Origin: a virus
IMG/VR virus record: IMGVR_UViG_3300030103_004875
Length of the DNA: 64,000 bases
Reading direction: 5' to 3' (one strand)
Numbering within the stretch: position 1 is the stretch's first letter; each line of letters begins with the position of its first letter. Shown here piece after piece: positions 20,291 to 30,254 of this stretch. The translations under genes and the position numbers were made by a program. The notes below the pieces were generated by a model. It saw only the letters and a list, made by a program, of their open reading frames with translations. It ran no database searches and was not told where the DNA came from.

Positions 20291-21182
20291 CAATGTAATA
20301 TTTTCCACATCAGAAGAATATAGTAAGTTCTGGAACATCCAGTCCAAAATTTATAAAACTGCTCTGGGAATAGAACCTATCTGCATTCTTTATGGCAAAA
20401 AGAGTAACACCGACATGTCTGAAGAATATGGGACTATTATCGAGAGAGAATTTATTGAAAACTTGCCAAAGGTCTTACAGATAACATGGTCCAAATTTGA
20501 TTATACAAAAACCGATCCAGAAAAAACTTGGATGATTGGTGATATTGATCTTATTCCTCTCAATAAAGAATACTTTACATCGAATATAGATTCTGCACCA
20601 GAAGATTCTTATCTACATTTAAATTTCTCAGCAATATCTGTTGTCAGGCGAGGTGTTCTGGACGGCTTTATAAAGGAAGGTCCGGCGGTTCTTAGGCGAA
20701 TTAGATATGGTTGTCACGATAGTGGTGCAGACTTACCAGCACATTATCATGTTTCTAAGGGTAGTAATTTTATTAATTTGTACGAATTAAATAGATCCTT
20801 TGATGAGCAAATACGTCATATAGTAGACTCTGGAATTTATGGTCACGGAGCACACTGTCAACCCCCGTGGCCAAAACCATCCCAAGATGAACTAATGAAT
20901 TTTGAAAGTTTTTATTGGTTAGCAGAAGAAAATTATTCATCAGTGATGCTTTATAATGCACTATCTGATAATAAGATAAAATTTATAGGTTATCATTACG
21001 ATAATAGAATAAACAGAATCGATAGGAGCATGTGGTCAGATGAGAAAAATGATTATGTGTATGATATTAATCTATTAAAACAGAAACATGTTGTTGATTT
21101 ACATTGTTATCGTCCCTTCGATAAACAAAAAGAACAAATGAATAGAATAATTGATGAGTCTGAAATTTTTTCTGATAAATGA
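20280..21182 (+). CDS. Glycan cluster protein, probable GT-A glycosyltransferase
   Basis: GDIDLIPL DxD motif, C-terminal D.H..RP; context. Confidence 0.5.
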   Translation: MKIDNVIFSTSEEYSKFWNIQSKIYKTALGIEPICILYGKKSNTDMSEEYGTIIEREFIENLPKVLQITWSKFDYTKTDPEKTWMIGDIDLIPLNKEYFTSNIDSAPEDSYLHLNFSAISVVRRGVLDGFIKEGPAVLRRIRYGCHDSGADLPAHYHVSKGSNFINLYELNRSFDEQIRHIVDSGIYGHGAHCQPPWPKPSQDELMNFESFYWLAEENYSSVMLYNALSDNKIKFIGYHYDNRINRIDRSMWSDEKNDYVYDINLLKQKHVVDLHCYRPFDKQKEQMNRIIDESEIFSDK

Positions 21183-22540
21183 AAAATCTTATTTGTATAA
21201 CTGGGAGTTCTGGTGTAGGTAAAAGTACTTTATCTAAGTTTTTATATTTTATTTTTGGGTGTAATGATGTAGTGACTATAAATGGTGATGATGCTCACAA
21301 GTGGGAACGTGGAGATACCAATTGGAACATACACACACATTTGAATCCATCATCTAATAATTTACATGAAGAGATTGAAAGTTTAAAAAAACTAATTTCC
21401 GGTGAATCAATAATGAGAAAAAGATACAATCACGACACTGGAAAATTTGACGCTCCTGTTAATATTGATCCAAAAGAAATCATATTGTATGAGGGTTTAC
21501 ATGCTCTATATGGTACTATGTCTGAATTATGTGACATTGGTATTTTTGTAGAAACAGAGAGAGATTTACTGACACAATGGAAAGTTGAGAGAGATACTAC
21601 AAAGCGGGGATATACTGTTGATGAAGTAAAGTCGGCAATAAAAAGAAGAGAAATTGATGAATCCTTATATATTGAACCACAGAAACAAAAGGCTGATATA
21701 ATTATTAGATTCGAAGAAAAAAGAGATAAAAAGGTTCATCTCGAATGCACATATGTAACGGGTGTCGGTAAGGAAATAGGAAAAAAAATAAAAACCATGT
21801 ATGATAGGCATAGAGATTTTCTTTCTCTTTGCGAAATGACTTCTCTTGAATATGATTTAGTTCAACACCAAGGCGGGAACATCTCCTATAAATTCGAAGA
21901 TAAGATGGTGATAACTTCATCTGGGAAAAATATGGGAGATGTTACTTTACTCGATGGGTTTAGTTTATGTGATAGTGAGGGAAACCTTCTAGACTTTAGT
22001 CAAAATCGACCATCTATGGAGTACGGGGTACATTTAAAGATACCACATAATTTTGTTTTACATACACATCCTATTCATTTGAATACTATTCTTTGCTCCA
22101 AGGAATCTAAAAAAATTGTTTCTGAAATCTTAAAGGATTATGATTATAACTACGTTCCATACTTTACTCCGGGACAAGACTTGAAGAATAACTTTATACC
22201 CAATTCAGAAAACACTATAAATTTATTAGAGAGTCATGGTTTGATTTGTTCGGGTTATTCTTTTCAGGAAGTTTTTACAACTAGTATGGAAATAAACCAA
22301 TTATGTAAAATTTGGTTACTTAAAAACTCTAAGAATTTTAAACAATTTTCCACAAAAAATAAAGTTCATGGGTTTTTATTTCCTGATGCTGTGGTGTTGC
22401 CGGAATCTATGCGATCTGTTAATGATTATATGTTGAGTTTGCACAGAGAAGTCGGACTGACTTCTAATTTTCTTTCGGAAAAGGAAATACATAAACTGAG
22501 TGGTATGGAAGAGGAAAAATATAGGAAATCTTTAGTATGA
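21179..22540 (+). CDS. Fusion of phosphoribulokinase/uridine-kinase-like P-loop kinase and class II aldolase/epimerase
   Basis: GSSGVGKS, D.HKWER, YNH.TG.F, EGLH; C-terminal GGNISYK, ITSSG, PSME...H, HTHP, HG metal motifs. Confidence 0.8.
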   Translation: MKNLICITGSSGVGKSTLSKFLYFIFGCNDVVTINGDDAHKWERGDTNWNIHTHLNPSSNNLHEEIESLKKLISGESIMRKRYNHDTGKFDAPVNIDPKEIILYEGLHALYGTMSELCDIGIFVETERDLLTQWKVERDTTKRGYTVDEVKSAIKRREIDESLYIEPQKQKADIIIRFEEKRDKKVHLECTYVTGVGKEIGKKIKTMYDRHRDFLSLCEMTSLEYDLVQHQGGNISYKFEDKMVITSSGKNMGDVTLLDGFSLCDSEGNLLDFSQNRPSMEYGVHLKIPHNFVLHTHPIHLNTILCSKESKKIVSEILKDYDYNYVPYFTPGQDLKNNFIPNSENTINLLESHGLICSGYSFQEVFTTSMEINQLCKIWLLKNSKNFKQFSTKNKVHGFLFPDAVVLPESMRSVNDYMLSLHREVGLTSNFLSEKEIHKLSGMEEEKYRKSLV

Positions 22541-23364
22541 AAATTATTGTTCCCATGGCCGGGCTAGGTCAAAGATTTGTGGATGCAGGATATACTGATC
22601 CAAAACCGTTAATACATGTTGCAAACAAAAAAGTAATAGAACATATAGTCGATATGTTTTCTGTTGATGATGAGTTTATTTTCATTTGTAATGAGGATCA
22701 TTTGTCCCAAACAAATATGAAAGAAGTTTTACACGAAATTTGCAAAAAATGTAAAATTGTATCGATGCCCTCCCACAAAAAGGGCCCAGTTTTTACCGTT
22801 CAGCAGGTTTACGATTTAATAGATGACGACGAAGAGGTTGTAGTTACTTATTGCGATAACCCATATTTATGGGATAGAGAAGACTTCTTGGAGTATGTGA
22901 AGAAAAATAAGTTAGACGGTTGTATATTGTCGCATTCTGGATTTCATCCGCATACACTCAACAATACAAAAATGGCTTTTATGAGAACTGTTAATAATTT
23001 AGTTACAGAAATAAAAGAAAAAGAGTGCTACACAGATAATCCAATGAATGAACATGCCTCCACCGGAACTTACTACTTTAGTAAAGGTTCTTACATAAAA
23101 AAATATTTTGATGAAGCAGTCATTAATAATATTCAATACAACGGGGAATATTATGTAACTCTTGTATATAACCTATTAATAAATGATGGGTTATTGGTTG
23201 GTTATTATGACACACCTTTTGCCACGGTTATGGGTACACCCGAAGAGGTGGATAATATTGAGGCATGGAACTCTATTTTAAATAAAGGTCAAGTTAAAAA
23301 TGAAGATGACTTATTGAATTGTTATCGCTATTGGAAAGATTATTATGAGAGTGATTTACGTTGA
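22537..23364 (+). CDS. Sugar-phosphate nucleotidyltransferase (BcbE-like)
   Basis: IVPMAG.G.RF..AGY..PKPLI, EK, G.YYF, NGEYY and GTPEE motifs. Confidence 0.82.
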   Translation: MKIIVPMAGLGQRFVDAGYTDPKPLIHVANKKVIEHIVDMFSVDDEFIFICNEDHLSQTNMKEVLHEICKKCKIVSMPSHKKGPVFTVQQVYDLIDDDEEVVVTYCDNPYLWDREDFLEYVKKNKLDGCILSHSGFHPHTLNNTKMAFMRTVNNLVTEIKEKECYTDNPMNEHASTGTYYFSKGSYIKKYFDEAVINNIQYNGEYYVTLVYNLLINDGLLVGYYDTPFATVMGTPEEVDNIEAWNSILNKGQVKNEDDLLNCYRYWKDYYESDLR

Positions 23365-23641
23365 TGTTGACGAAACAATATGCAATACGCCGGACAACCC
23401 AAGAGTGTATGAAGATGCAAAACCGATCCAAGAAAATATCGATAAAATTAATAGACTATATGACGAGGGAAATACAATAGTGTATTGGACTGCAAGAGGA
23501 AGTCGTAGCGGTATTGATTGGTTTGATTTAACAAAATCTCAATTATCTAATTGGGGTGCGAAACATCATAAACTTAGATGTGATAAGCCCTATTACGATA
23601 TTTTCTATGATGATAAGACAATGAGAATTGAAGAAATATGA
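23345..23641 (+). CDS. Minimal HAD phosphatase (capsule biosynthesis phosphatase, BcbF-like)
   Basis: DVDETIC, YWTARG and KP..D...DDK motifs. Confidence 0.82.
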   Translation: MRVIYVDVDETICNTPDNPRVYEDAKPIQENIDKINRLYDEGNTIVYWTARGSRSGIDWFDLTKSQLSNWGAKHHKLRCDKPYYDIFYDDKTMRIEEI

Positions 23642-24081
23642 AATTAATAGCCCACAGGGGAAATACCAACGGTCCCAATTTAAAAAGAGAAAATACTCAA
23701 TCATATATTGATGAGTCTATAGGTAAGGGATATGACGTAGAAATAGATGTTTGGGTGGTAAAGGGTGAATTATTTTTAGGTCATGATGAACCGATTAGTA
23801 TGGTTGATTTGGAATGGTTACTTGGTAGGTCTAAAAATTTATGGATACATTGTAAAAATTTTAATTCTTTGCAGTTTCTATTGAATTATGATCAATTAAA
23901 ATTATTCTTCCATGAAGAAGAAAGATACACAATTATTAGTAATGGTTTAATATGGGCCCATGATTTGAGAGAAGTAAATGATCAGTGTATAATACCGTTG
24001 TTGTCCGAGGAAGATTTGGTTTCTTGGAACCCCACCGAGGTTTTTGGTATTTGTTCTGATTATGTTGATTATTTAAAATAA
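23638..24081 (+). CDS. Short glycerophosphodiester-phosphodiesterase-like protein
   Basis: IAHRGN, EN, DVEIDVW, LGHD, WIHCKN and GICSDY motifs. Confidence 0.78.
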   Translation: MKLIAHRGNTNGPNLKRENTQSYIDESIGKGYDVEIDVWVVKGELFLGHDEPISMVDLEWLLGRSKNLWIHCKNFNSLQFLLNYDQLKLFFHEEERYTIISNGLIWAHDLREVNDQCIIPLLSEEDLVSWNPTEVFGICSDYVDYLK

Positions 24082-24098
24082 AGAACTGGAATATAAAA

Positions 24099-24773
24099 AT
24101 GAGAACTCCCGAGATACACTATGGTACAAATTTTGGTAAATATATTGTTAGTCTAATCGTTAATAATAAATCAATTCAGAGAGTTATAGAGATAGGTTCT
24201 GGTAGCGGCAATGGCTCCACACAATGTCTTGCCGCTGCACTCCAGGCTAATCAGACGGAAAATACTAAACTAGTTTGTATGGAGCCAACTGAATATTTTA
24301 GTGATCTAGAAAAAAATACAGAAAACTTTTCTTTTGTGGAATGTCATAAGAATACCAGTATTTCATATGATTCGTTTTCATTAAAAAATTATGAAGATTA
24401 TATCTCGTACTGTATCGAGCATAGGGAAGTATTGAACTCCTTGAAAGGCAGAGAATTGGAATCTGTACGAGAGGACCTCGAATCCCGTATCAACTGGTAC
24501 AATCAGGATATAGTTCATTTTAAAGGATCAGATACAGGGGTTTTAAATAATCTGACAGAAGACTATGATCTGTGTTTGATTGATGGTAGCGAATTTTCTG
24601 GATATGACGAATTTTTATTAGTTAAAGATAGAGTAAGTATAATTCTTCTCGATGATGATAATGAATATAAAAACTACAAAACTAAACTTCACCTAAGCGA
24701 AGATAATGATTGGATATGTGTTGGACACGAGGCAGAAAGAAATGGGTGGAGTTCATGGATACGTAGGAAATGA
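24099..24773 (+). CDS. Class I SAM-dependent methyltransferase-like protein
   Basis: EIGSGSG.GST, LIDG.EF.G..EF, LDD and RNG motifs. Confidence 0.65.
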   Translation: MRTPEIHYGTNFGKYIVSLIVNNKSIQRVIEIGSGSGNGSTQCLAAALQANQTENTKLVCMEPTEYFSDLEKNTENFSFVECHKNTSISYDSFSLKNYEDYISYCIEHREVLNSLKGRELESVREDLESRINWYNQDIVHFKGSDTGVLNNLTEDYDLCLIDGSEFSGYDEFLLVKDRVSIILLDDDNEYKNYKTKLHLSEDNDWICVGHEAERNGWSSWIRRK

Positions 24774-24775
24774 AC

Positions 24776-24783
24776 TATACATA
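24776..24783 (+). promoter_or_regulatory. Late-promoter variant (TATACATA) upstream of GT2-TPR
   Basis: One mismatch to TATAAATA; intergenic, about 25 nt before the ATG. Confidence 0.4.
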
Positions 24784-24807
24784 CAATGAACAAAAGGATT
24801 TTTTATC

Positions 24808-26043
24808 ATGAAACCAACTATTACTCTGTGTATGATTGTTAAAGATGAAACTCACGTTATCGAGAGGTGTCTGCGTTCCGTCGCTCCCTTCGTAGACCGA
24901 TATGATATCACTGATACGGGATCTACAGACGGAACTCCCGATAAAATAAAAGAAATAATGGATGAATTGGGTGTTCCCGGTGAAGTATACCTTTCTGATT
25001 GGAAGGGATTTGGTAATCATGCAGGTAATATTGGATCTCGTACCGAAGCGTTTCGTAATGCCGATAATAAAGCAGACTATGCGTGGGTTATTGATGCAGA
25101 TGACTCTTTAGTGGGTGAGTTGAAACTACCCGATGATGCTGATGCTGATGCGTACTCCCTAAAAATACAGAGGGGTGACTTTGTATGGTGGAGAAATCAA
25201 ATATTTAAAACTTCTTCTAGGTGGAGATATGAGGGCATACTTCACGAGTATGCAGCGTGTGATAATGAAAATGCAAAAGTTAGTCGATTGTTTGGAAACT
25301 ATAGCGTAGAGGCTAGAACTGAGGGTAATCGAAATGTGGGTATAACTCCAGTAGAAAAGTATGAAAGGGATGCTGAAACTCTGAGAAATGCTTTGGAGGA
25401 TGATCCGGATAATGCGAGGTATCAATTTTACCTAGCACAGTCATACTTCGATTCTCAACAATGGGATAATTCACTCGAAGCGTATCAGAAACGAGTTGAT
25501 ATAGGTGGATGGCCTGAGGAAGTTTTCTATAGCATGTATAGAGTTGCAATTCTTAAGGGCATAAAAGGCGAACCTAATATGGACGTAATTAGAGCATTCG
25601 AGGACTGCTATAACTATAAACCTGACAGAGCAGAACCTTTATATCAGATATCAAGAATTTATCGTTCTATGGGTAAAAATGCTTTGGCATTTATGCACGC
25701 AAGCACTGGTATCGGAATTCCTTATCCAGACAATGATATTCTTTTCATTCAGGAGGAAGTATATAAGTATGGGTTACTGGATGAAATTGGTGCAACTGCT
25801 TTTTATGCAGGTAAACCTCATATGGGATATGCCGCATGTAAACGACTTATTGAGGAAAATTTAATCCCACCAGAACAAAAAGAGAGAGTTAGGCAAAACT
25901 ACGAAAGTTATACTAACATTATGCAGCAAATGCAACAACAACAGATGATGAAGGAAATGGATTCACAAATTGATGATTTGAAGAAAAAGCAACAAAATAA
26001 AGAAACTGCCAAAAAGTATAAAAAGAAGAAAAAGAAGAGATAA
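24808..26043 (+). CDS. GT2 glycosyltransferase with TPR repeats (candidate protein glycosyltransferase)
   Basis: LCMIVKDE..VIERCL.S, DTGSTDGT, DAD, HE; TPR-like RYQFYLAQSY and P.RAEPLY. Confidence 0.85.
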   Translation: MKPTITLCMIVKDETHVIERCLRSVAPFVDRYDITDTGSTDGTPDKIKEIMDELGVPGEVYLSDWKGFGNHAGNIGSRTEAFRNADNKADYAWVIDADDSLVGELKLPDDADADAYSLKIQRGDFVWWRNQIFKTSSRWRYEGILHEYAACDNENAKVSRLFGNYSVEARTEGNRNVGITPVEKYERDAETLRNALEDDPDNARYQFYLAQSYFDSQQWDNSLEAYQKRVDIGGWPEEVFYSMYRVAILKGIKGEPNMDVIRAFEDCYNYKPDRAEPLYQISRIYRSMGKNALAFMHASTGIGIPYPDNDILFIQEEVYKYGLLDEIGATAFYAGKPHMGYAACKRLIEENLIPPEQKERVRQNYESYTNIMQQMQQQQMMKEMDSQIDDLKKKQQNKETAKKYKKKKKKR

Positions 26044-26085
26044 AACTTCTTAATACATAAGAAGTGTAGGTTTAGGAAAAACATA

Positions 26086-27489
26086 ATGTCTCAGTTTGTT
26101 CTTCAATCTAAAATTGATAATAAGTTTTCTAAAAACGATCTTTTCATAAAAGCACCTAACAATGTGGGTGTTGATGAAGTTGTAAATTTTGGAGATGGTA
26201 TTTCTAGTATTGTTCTTGAAACCGAGGACAAAACTTCAGTTATCAAATTTATAGGATCTCATAAAACCATTAATGAGTATTTTAGAGAAATAGAGGAAAC
26301 TGAAAGGGATCAGTATATACTCAAGGAAACTTTAAACTCCTCTCTACAAAGAGGGGATGTTTTATTTTCCACCGATAATTCCCCCAACGTGGAAATTAGA
26401 ATCAGTCCCGGTATACACAGTTTGGATGTAGAAAGCACAGATGGAAATGTTTATCGTTTCAGTGGCAGTAAAAATAACATAGATGAACTTTTTAGATACT
26501 TTCCTACCGAAGTTGTGGAAGAGGAGGAGCAAGTTTTATTGGGTGAACAAGGCCCTCCTGGCCCACAGGGTCCTAGAGGGAAAGAAGGTTCTGTTGGACC
26601 TCGTGGGCCTAAAGGAGAAAAGGGCTCTCCCGGACTTCCGGGTACAGATGGTTCAATAGGACCAAAGGGCGAGCAGGGTGAGCAGGGCCCTGTGGGAGAA
26701 AGGGGACCACAAGGTGATCAGGGTCCTGTGGGAGATCCAGGTCCCTCTGGTAAACCGGGTGTTGACGGTAAAGACGGAGAGGTTGGACCTAAAGGAATAC
26801 AAGGAAACGCTGGAGAAATTGGACCTAAGGGTGATCCCGGCGAAAAGGGGGATCAGGGAGAAATCGGTCAGGTGGGCCCTCAAGGTTTAATTGGACCTAA
26901 GGGTGATCCCGGCGAAAAGGGTAAACAGGGATCCAAAGGATCTAAAGGTTCGAAGGGCGATAAAGGTGATAGGGGTGATCCGGGAACTGATGGTAAGGAG
27001 GGCCCAAGAGGACAACGTGGGTTAGATGGTAAGCAAGGACCAAAAGGTGATAAGGGTGATTCCGGGATTGTATCTGCGAAGTATCCTCTTGTATATGATA
27101 CTAATGGTAATGAGATAAGTTTTGATACAAAAAAACTAGAGGAACTTTTAGGTAAATTTAGTAATTTAGGTCCGGGACAAAATGGTCCTGATTATGCTGC
27201 TATGACAGATTGGCTTGCTGCTGCCGGTGGTGCTGTTGCAATAATAGACGGTAACAATAACAATGCCAAAGTAACAAATTCTTTGGGGGATTTTGTAATA
27301 GAGGGTAGTGGAGTTTCCCTAAATAAGTTAGGTAAGACAGTAACCATGACCATTTCTGGGGGTGGCGGGGCAACTACCGTGGTTAGTGATAATGCTCCCG
27401 ATGGAATTTATGTTACCGGGGATAAATGGATTGAGTCTGATACGGGAACACTTTTTACTAGATATCAAGCCTTTTGGGTAGAATTTTGA
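26086..27489 (+). CDS. Collagen triple-helix (Gly-X-Y) fibre protein
   Basis: Long uninterrupted GXY run (GEQGPPGPQ...GDKGDSG). Confidence 0.9.
   Translation: MSQFVLQSKIDNKFSKNDLFIKAPNNVGVDEVVNFGDGISSIVLETEDKTSVIKFIGSHKTINEYFREIEETERDQYILKETLNSSLQRGDVLFSTDNSPNVEIRISPGIHSLDVESTDGNVYRFSGSKNNIDELFRYFPTEVVEEEEQVLLGEQGPPGPQGPRGKEGSVGPRGPKGEKGSPGLPGTDGSIGPKGEQGEQGPVGERGPQGDQGPVGDPGPSGKPGVDGKDGEVGPKGIQGNAGEIGPKGDPGEKGDQGEIGQVGPQGLIGPKGDPGEKGKQGSKGSKGSKGDKGDRGDPGTDGKEGPRGQRGLDGKQGPKGDKGDSGIVSAKYPLVYDTNGNEISFDTKKLEELLGKFSNLGPGQNGPDYAAMTDWLAAAGGAVAIIDGNNNNAKVTNSLGDFVIEGSGVSLNKLGKTVTMTISGGGGATTVVSDNAPDGIYVTGDKWIESDTGTLFTRYQAFWVEF
26817..26921 (+). repeat. Exact 33-bp direct repeat within the collagen region
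   Basis: aattggacctaagggtgatcccggcgaaaaggg at 26817-26849 and 26889-26921 (72-nt offset). Confidence 0.9.
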
Positions 27490-27500
27490 GGTCAAACTAA

Positions 27501-29711
27501 ATGTCGAATTTTCCAACCAATCCATCAACGGGAGCCACTCACGCAATAGGAGACAAAACGTGGGAGTATAATGGTTCTGCATGGCAAAAAATATTCAGCG
27601 GAGATGGTATACGAGCGATAGGAATCTCTGGTGGTGATGTTACGATTGGAAGAAGCGGATTAAATTTTGATTCTGACACTGTTGGCTTGACTCTATCTCT
27701 CCATTCTTCGGGAAACACTGCATCTTTGATAATAAAAGGAGACGCTTTAGCTTCCACATCCGGAAGAGCGGAGTACACATATACCGTTGTGTCTGGTGTG
27801 ATAAATCCCCCAAACGCAACATCCAACGGTCAATTTGTATACAATGATGATACTGGTCAAATATCTATTTTTAAGTTTGACAACGACGGTGGAGATTTTA
27901 GAACTCAATTATCACAAGCGGCCGCCGGAGGAGTGGAGGGAGTTAGTTCTAAAATTAATGTGGTTGTAGGGAATGATAATAGAACAAAAGTCTTCGAGAT
28001 TGACAGTCAACAGGTAACTTACGATGGAACTAAGTTTAATGTTGGGAGTTCCTTCCTACAGGGAAATACTGCTGGAACTGGTAAAAAGGTTACTGTATTT
28101 ATTGATCAGGGAGAACAATTCCTTAGAGCAAAGGAATATAGATTCCCTGACGGAACTTCTGCCTCTTCTATAGTTACTTCATTCAATGGTGAAACGGGTG
28201 ATGTCACCACCACTAGCACGGTTCTTCCTGTTGCTGGAATCACTGCGACATCTGGTATCACTATAGGTGGTGACATCCATGCTCCAAATGAGTTTCATAT
28301 TCGTAACGCGAGCGGTGAGACAGTCATTGATGTTGCTAATAGAAATGTAAGCATAGGAGATGTTGACTCTGGGGGCAATGATACGGACATAAACATTCGT
28401 GATTCTCATAATGCAATTTATCTAAACGCAGGATCTCAGATCAGACTCAATGCTCCAGATGTTTACATTGAACAGGGGGGTCATTTAGGTGCATTGGGCG
28501 ATACGGATACTCATATAAATTTTGCTGGGAGTGATGAATTATTTTTAGTGGCAGGTGGAAACACGCTCATGCAAGCAACCACCAACAATATAATTATTGG
28601 CGGTGTGACATTTGGTGTCACTGGTGGGGGAGCAACATTCGGCGGAATAATACACGCACAGGGCTTAACACTAGGACCCGGCGGAGTTACATTCCCTGAT
28701 GGTACTAATATGAAAACTGCTGCTGCTGGTGGTGGCGGAATAGAAGAACTTAACGGATCTACCGCTGCTGGAATAACTCTTGCTCAGGGCTTTAGATATA
28801 AAGTATCGGCAGTTGCTGCATCACCAAGTTCACCAAGTGCGGGTGAAATCGCAATTAAAGACCTTCTTGGTGCGGGATTGCTCCCCAGTGGTTTCATACT
28901 TCACAAAAATCCTTTTAACTCTGCTATAGATCTAAGTGATACTGATAGTAATGGAAGTTATTTTAAAATGTTTGCCGATGCTGGTGGTATCGCAACAATA
29001 ATAAATGAAAAAACCGGAAAGTCCGCCCAGTTTATTAACACCTCATCTTTTACTTCGAGTAGTAATGTTTTAGAGTATACTGGTAATGCAAATTCAAATG
29101 ATGCTACGAGCGCCCTCGCGTCCGTTGGTGATTTCGTTATCGTTAAATTGGATTTTTATACCGATACTGGAGTAACATCTATTGGTGGAGATTCCTTCCA
29201 AAATAAGGGAGCTTTGGCTTTAGGTAAGGGTATAACTACGGAAAACGCTGGTAGTGGAACGGGCAGACTCAGACTTGAACAGGAAACTATAGGATTTATT
29301 CTTGATGGTGCCGGATCTCCTCTTGGGACAGGAGACAAATTGGACGCTCTTCGTCAAATTCCATATAATATGGAGATTGATTCGACCTCTGCTTTCATTC
29401 CTGCCGGAGTTGCCGGGGTTGATAAAACGATTACATTTTCCATCAAGAAAACTTCTACTCTTAATAGTGTAACTAGTTCTGGAGGTATAACAGGATCTAA
29501 GTTAACTTTAGGAAACACTGCGTCTGCCGATCAGACAGGATTTACCTTTGATGGTATTGTTGGCGGTGTTCTCTTTAGAGAACTGGGTAGTGCCTCATCA
29601 AATGTTGGTGCAACTGTGGATAAAAATGAGTGGATATTCCCAGAAATAACTGGTAACTCTGGTGACATAAATAAATTACAGATATTCATGAAATTAAAAC
29701 CACAGGACTAG
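27501..29711 (+). CDS. Tail-fibre/virion fibre protein
   Basis: N-terminal NFP.NP..G.T...G.KTW.YNG.AW module, two FPDGT motifs, VTSFNG.TGDV; Gly/Thr-rich. Confidence 0.75.
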   Translation: MSNFPTNPSTGATHAIGDKTWEYNGSAWQKIFSGDGIRAIGISGGDVTIGRSGLNFDSDTVGLTLSLHSSGNTASLIIKGDALASTSGRAEYTYTVVSGVINPPNATSNGQFVYNDDTGQISIFKFDNDGGDFRTQLSQAAAGGVEGVSSKINVVVGNDNRTKVFEIDSQQVTYDGTKFNVGSSFLQGNTAGTGKKVTVFIDQGEQFLRAKEYRFPDGTSASSIVTSFNGETGDVTTTSTVLPVAGITATSGITIGGDIHAPNEFHIRNASGETVIDVANRNVSIGDVDSGGNDTDINIRDSHNAIYLNAGSQIRLNAPDVYIEQGGHLGALGDTDTHINFAGSDELFLVAGGNTLMQATTNNIIIGGVTFGVTGGGATFGGIIHAQGLTLGPGGVTFPDGTNMKTAAAGGGGIEELNGSTAAGITLAQGFRYKVSAVAASPSSPSAGEIAIKDLLGAGLLPSGFILHKNPFNSAIDLSDTDSNGSYFKMFADAGGIATIINEKTGKSAQFINTSSFTSSSNVLEYTGNANSNDATSALASVGDFVIVKLDFYTDTGVTSIGGDSFQNKGALALGKGITTENAGSGTGRLRLEQETIGFILDGAGSPLGTGDKLDALRQIPYNMEIDSTSAFIPAGVAGVDKTITFSIKKTSTLNSVTSSGGITGSKLTLGNTASADQTGFTFDGIVGGVLFRELGSASSNVGATVDKNEWIFPEITGNSGDINKLQIFMKLKPQD

Positions 29712-29724
29712 TCTAGGAGTTAAA

Positions 29725-29940
29725 ATGCAATCGTTATACCCATTCGCAGAAATCATGACTGAACTTACAAAGATTGAAGGTCAAATTGTAAAGTTGCAAG
29801 AAATTTTTACTTCTTTGGAAGAAAGAACATCAACCGACGAATCACTTATTGACACTTTTGTTGTAAAAGCCAATGAGTTAGAAACAGCAGCAAACGCACT
29901 CAAGAACATTACCTTCACGAATTTAAATAGGAGTAAATAA
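29725..29940 (+). CDS. Small coiled-coil protein
   Basis: AGGAG SD; heptad-like sequence. Confidence 0.6.
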   Translation: MQSLYPFAEIMTELTKIEGQIVKLQEIFTSLEERTSTDESLIDTFVVKANELETAANALKNITFTNLNRSK

Positions 29941-30254
29941 TGGCAGACATTACGGACCCAGAGGCGATTAAATTCGTCAATGAATATATTAGACCTATGT
30001 GTGAGAACATTCGTTACATGAAAGCACGGGGAGATGATTTTGCACTTAAGTGGGCACAACTAAGTGGTGATTTTCCAAACGACACCTCCCCAGTTGTAGA
30101 CGGAAGAGATGCAGAGGGTATCAGCCGTTTGACTGGTGCAGACATAAACGCAGTCGCTATCATATTCAATACTCTTCTTGGAGATATTGATGCAACAGCG
30201 ACAGCAGTTATTGCAAAACCTTGTGTGCGACCTCTTCTTTACTCGGGTGAATAA
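29940..30254 (+). CDS. Hypothetical protein
   Basis: AGGAG SD; TAATG overlaps on both sides. Confidence 0.65.
   Translation: MADITDPEAIKFVNEYIRPMCENIRYMKARGDDFALKWAQLSGDFPNDTSPVVDGRDAEGISRLTGADINAVAIIFNTLLGDIDATATAVIAKPCVRPLLYSGE

Noticed and set aside
21179-22540. Calvin-cycle phosphoribulokinase AMG
   Set aside because: Fused to a class II aldolase inside a glycan cluster, with no RuBisCO or CP12 context.
25920-26043. Eukaryotic-type NLS/poly-Q tail suggesting a giant eukaryotic virus
   Set aside because: T4 core genes, SD sites and sigma70 promoters indicate a bacteriophage; the tail is low-complexity sequence.
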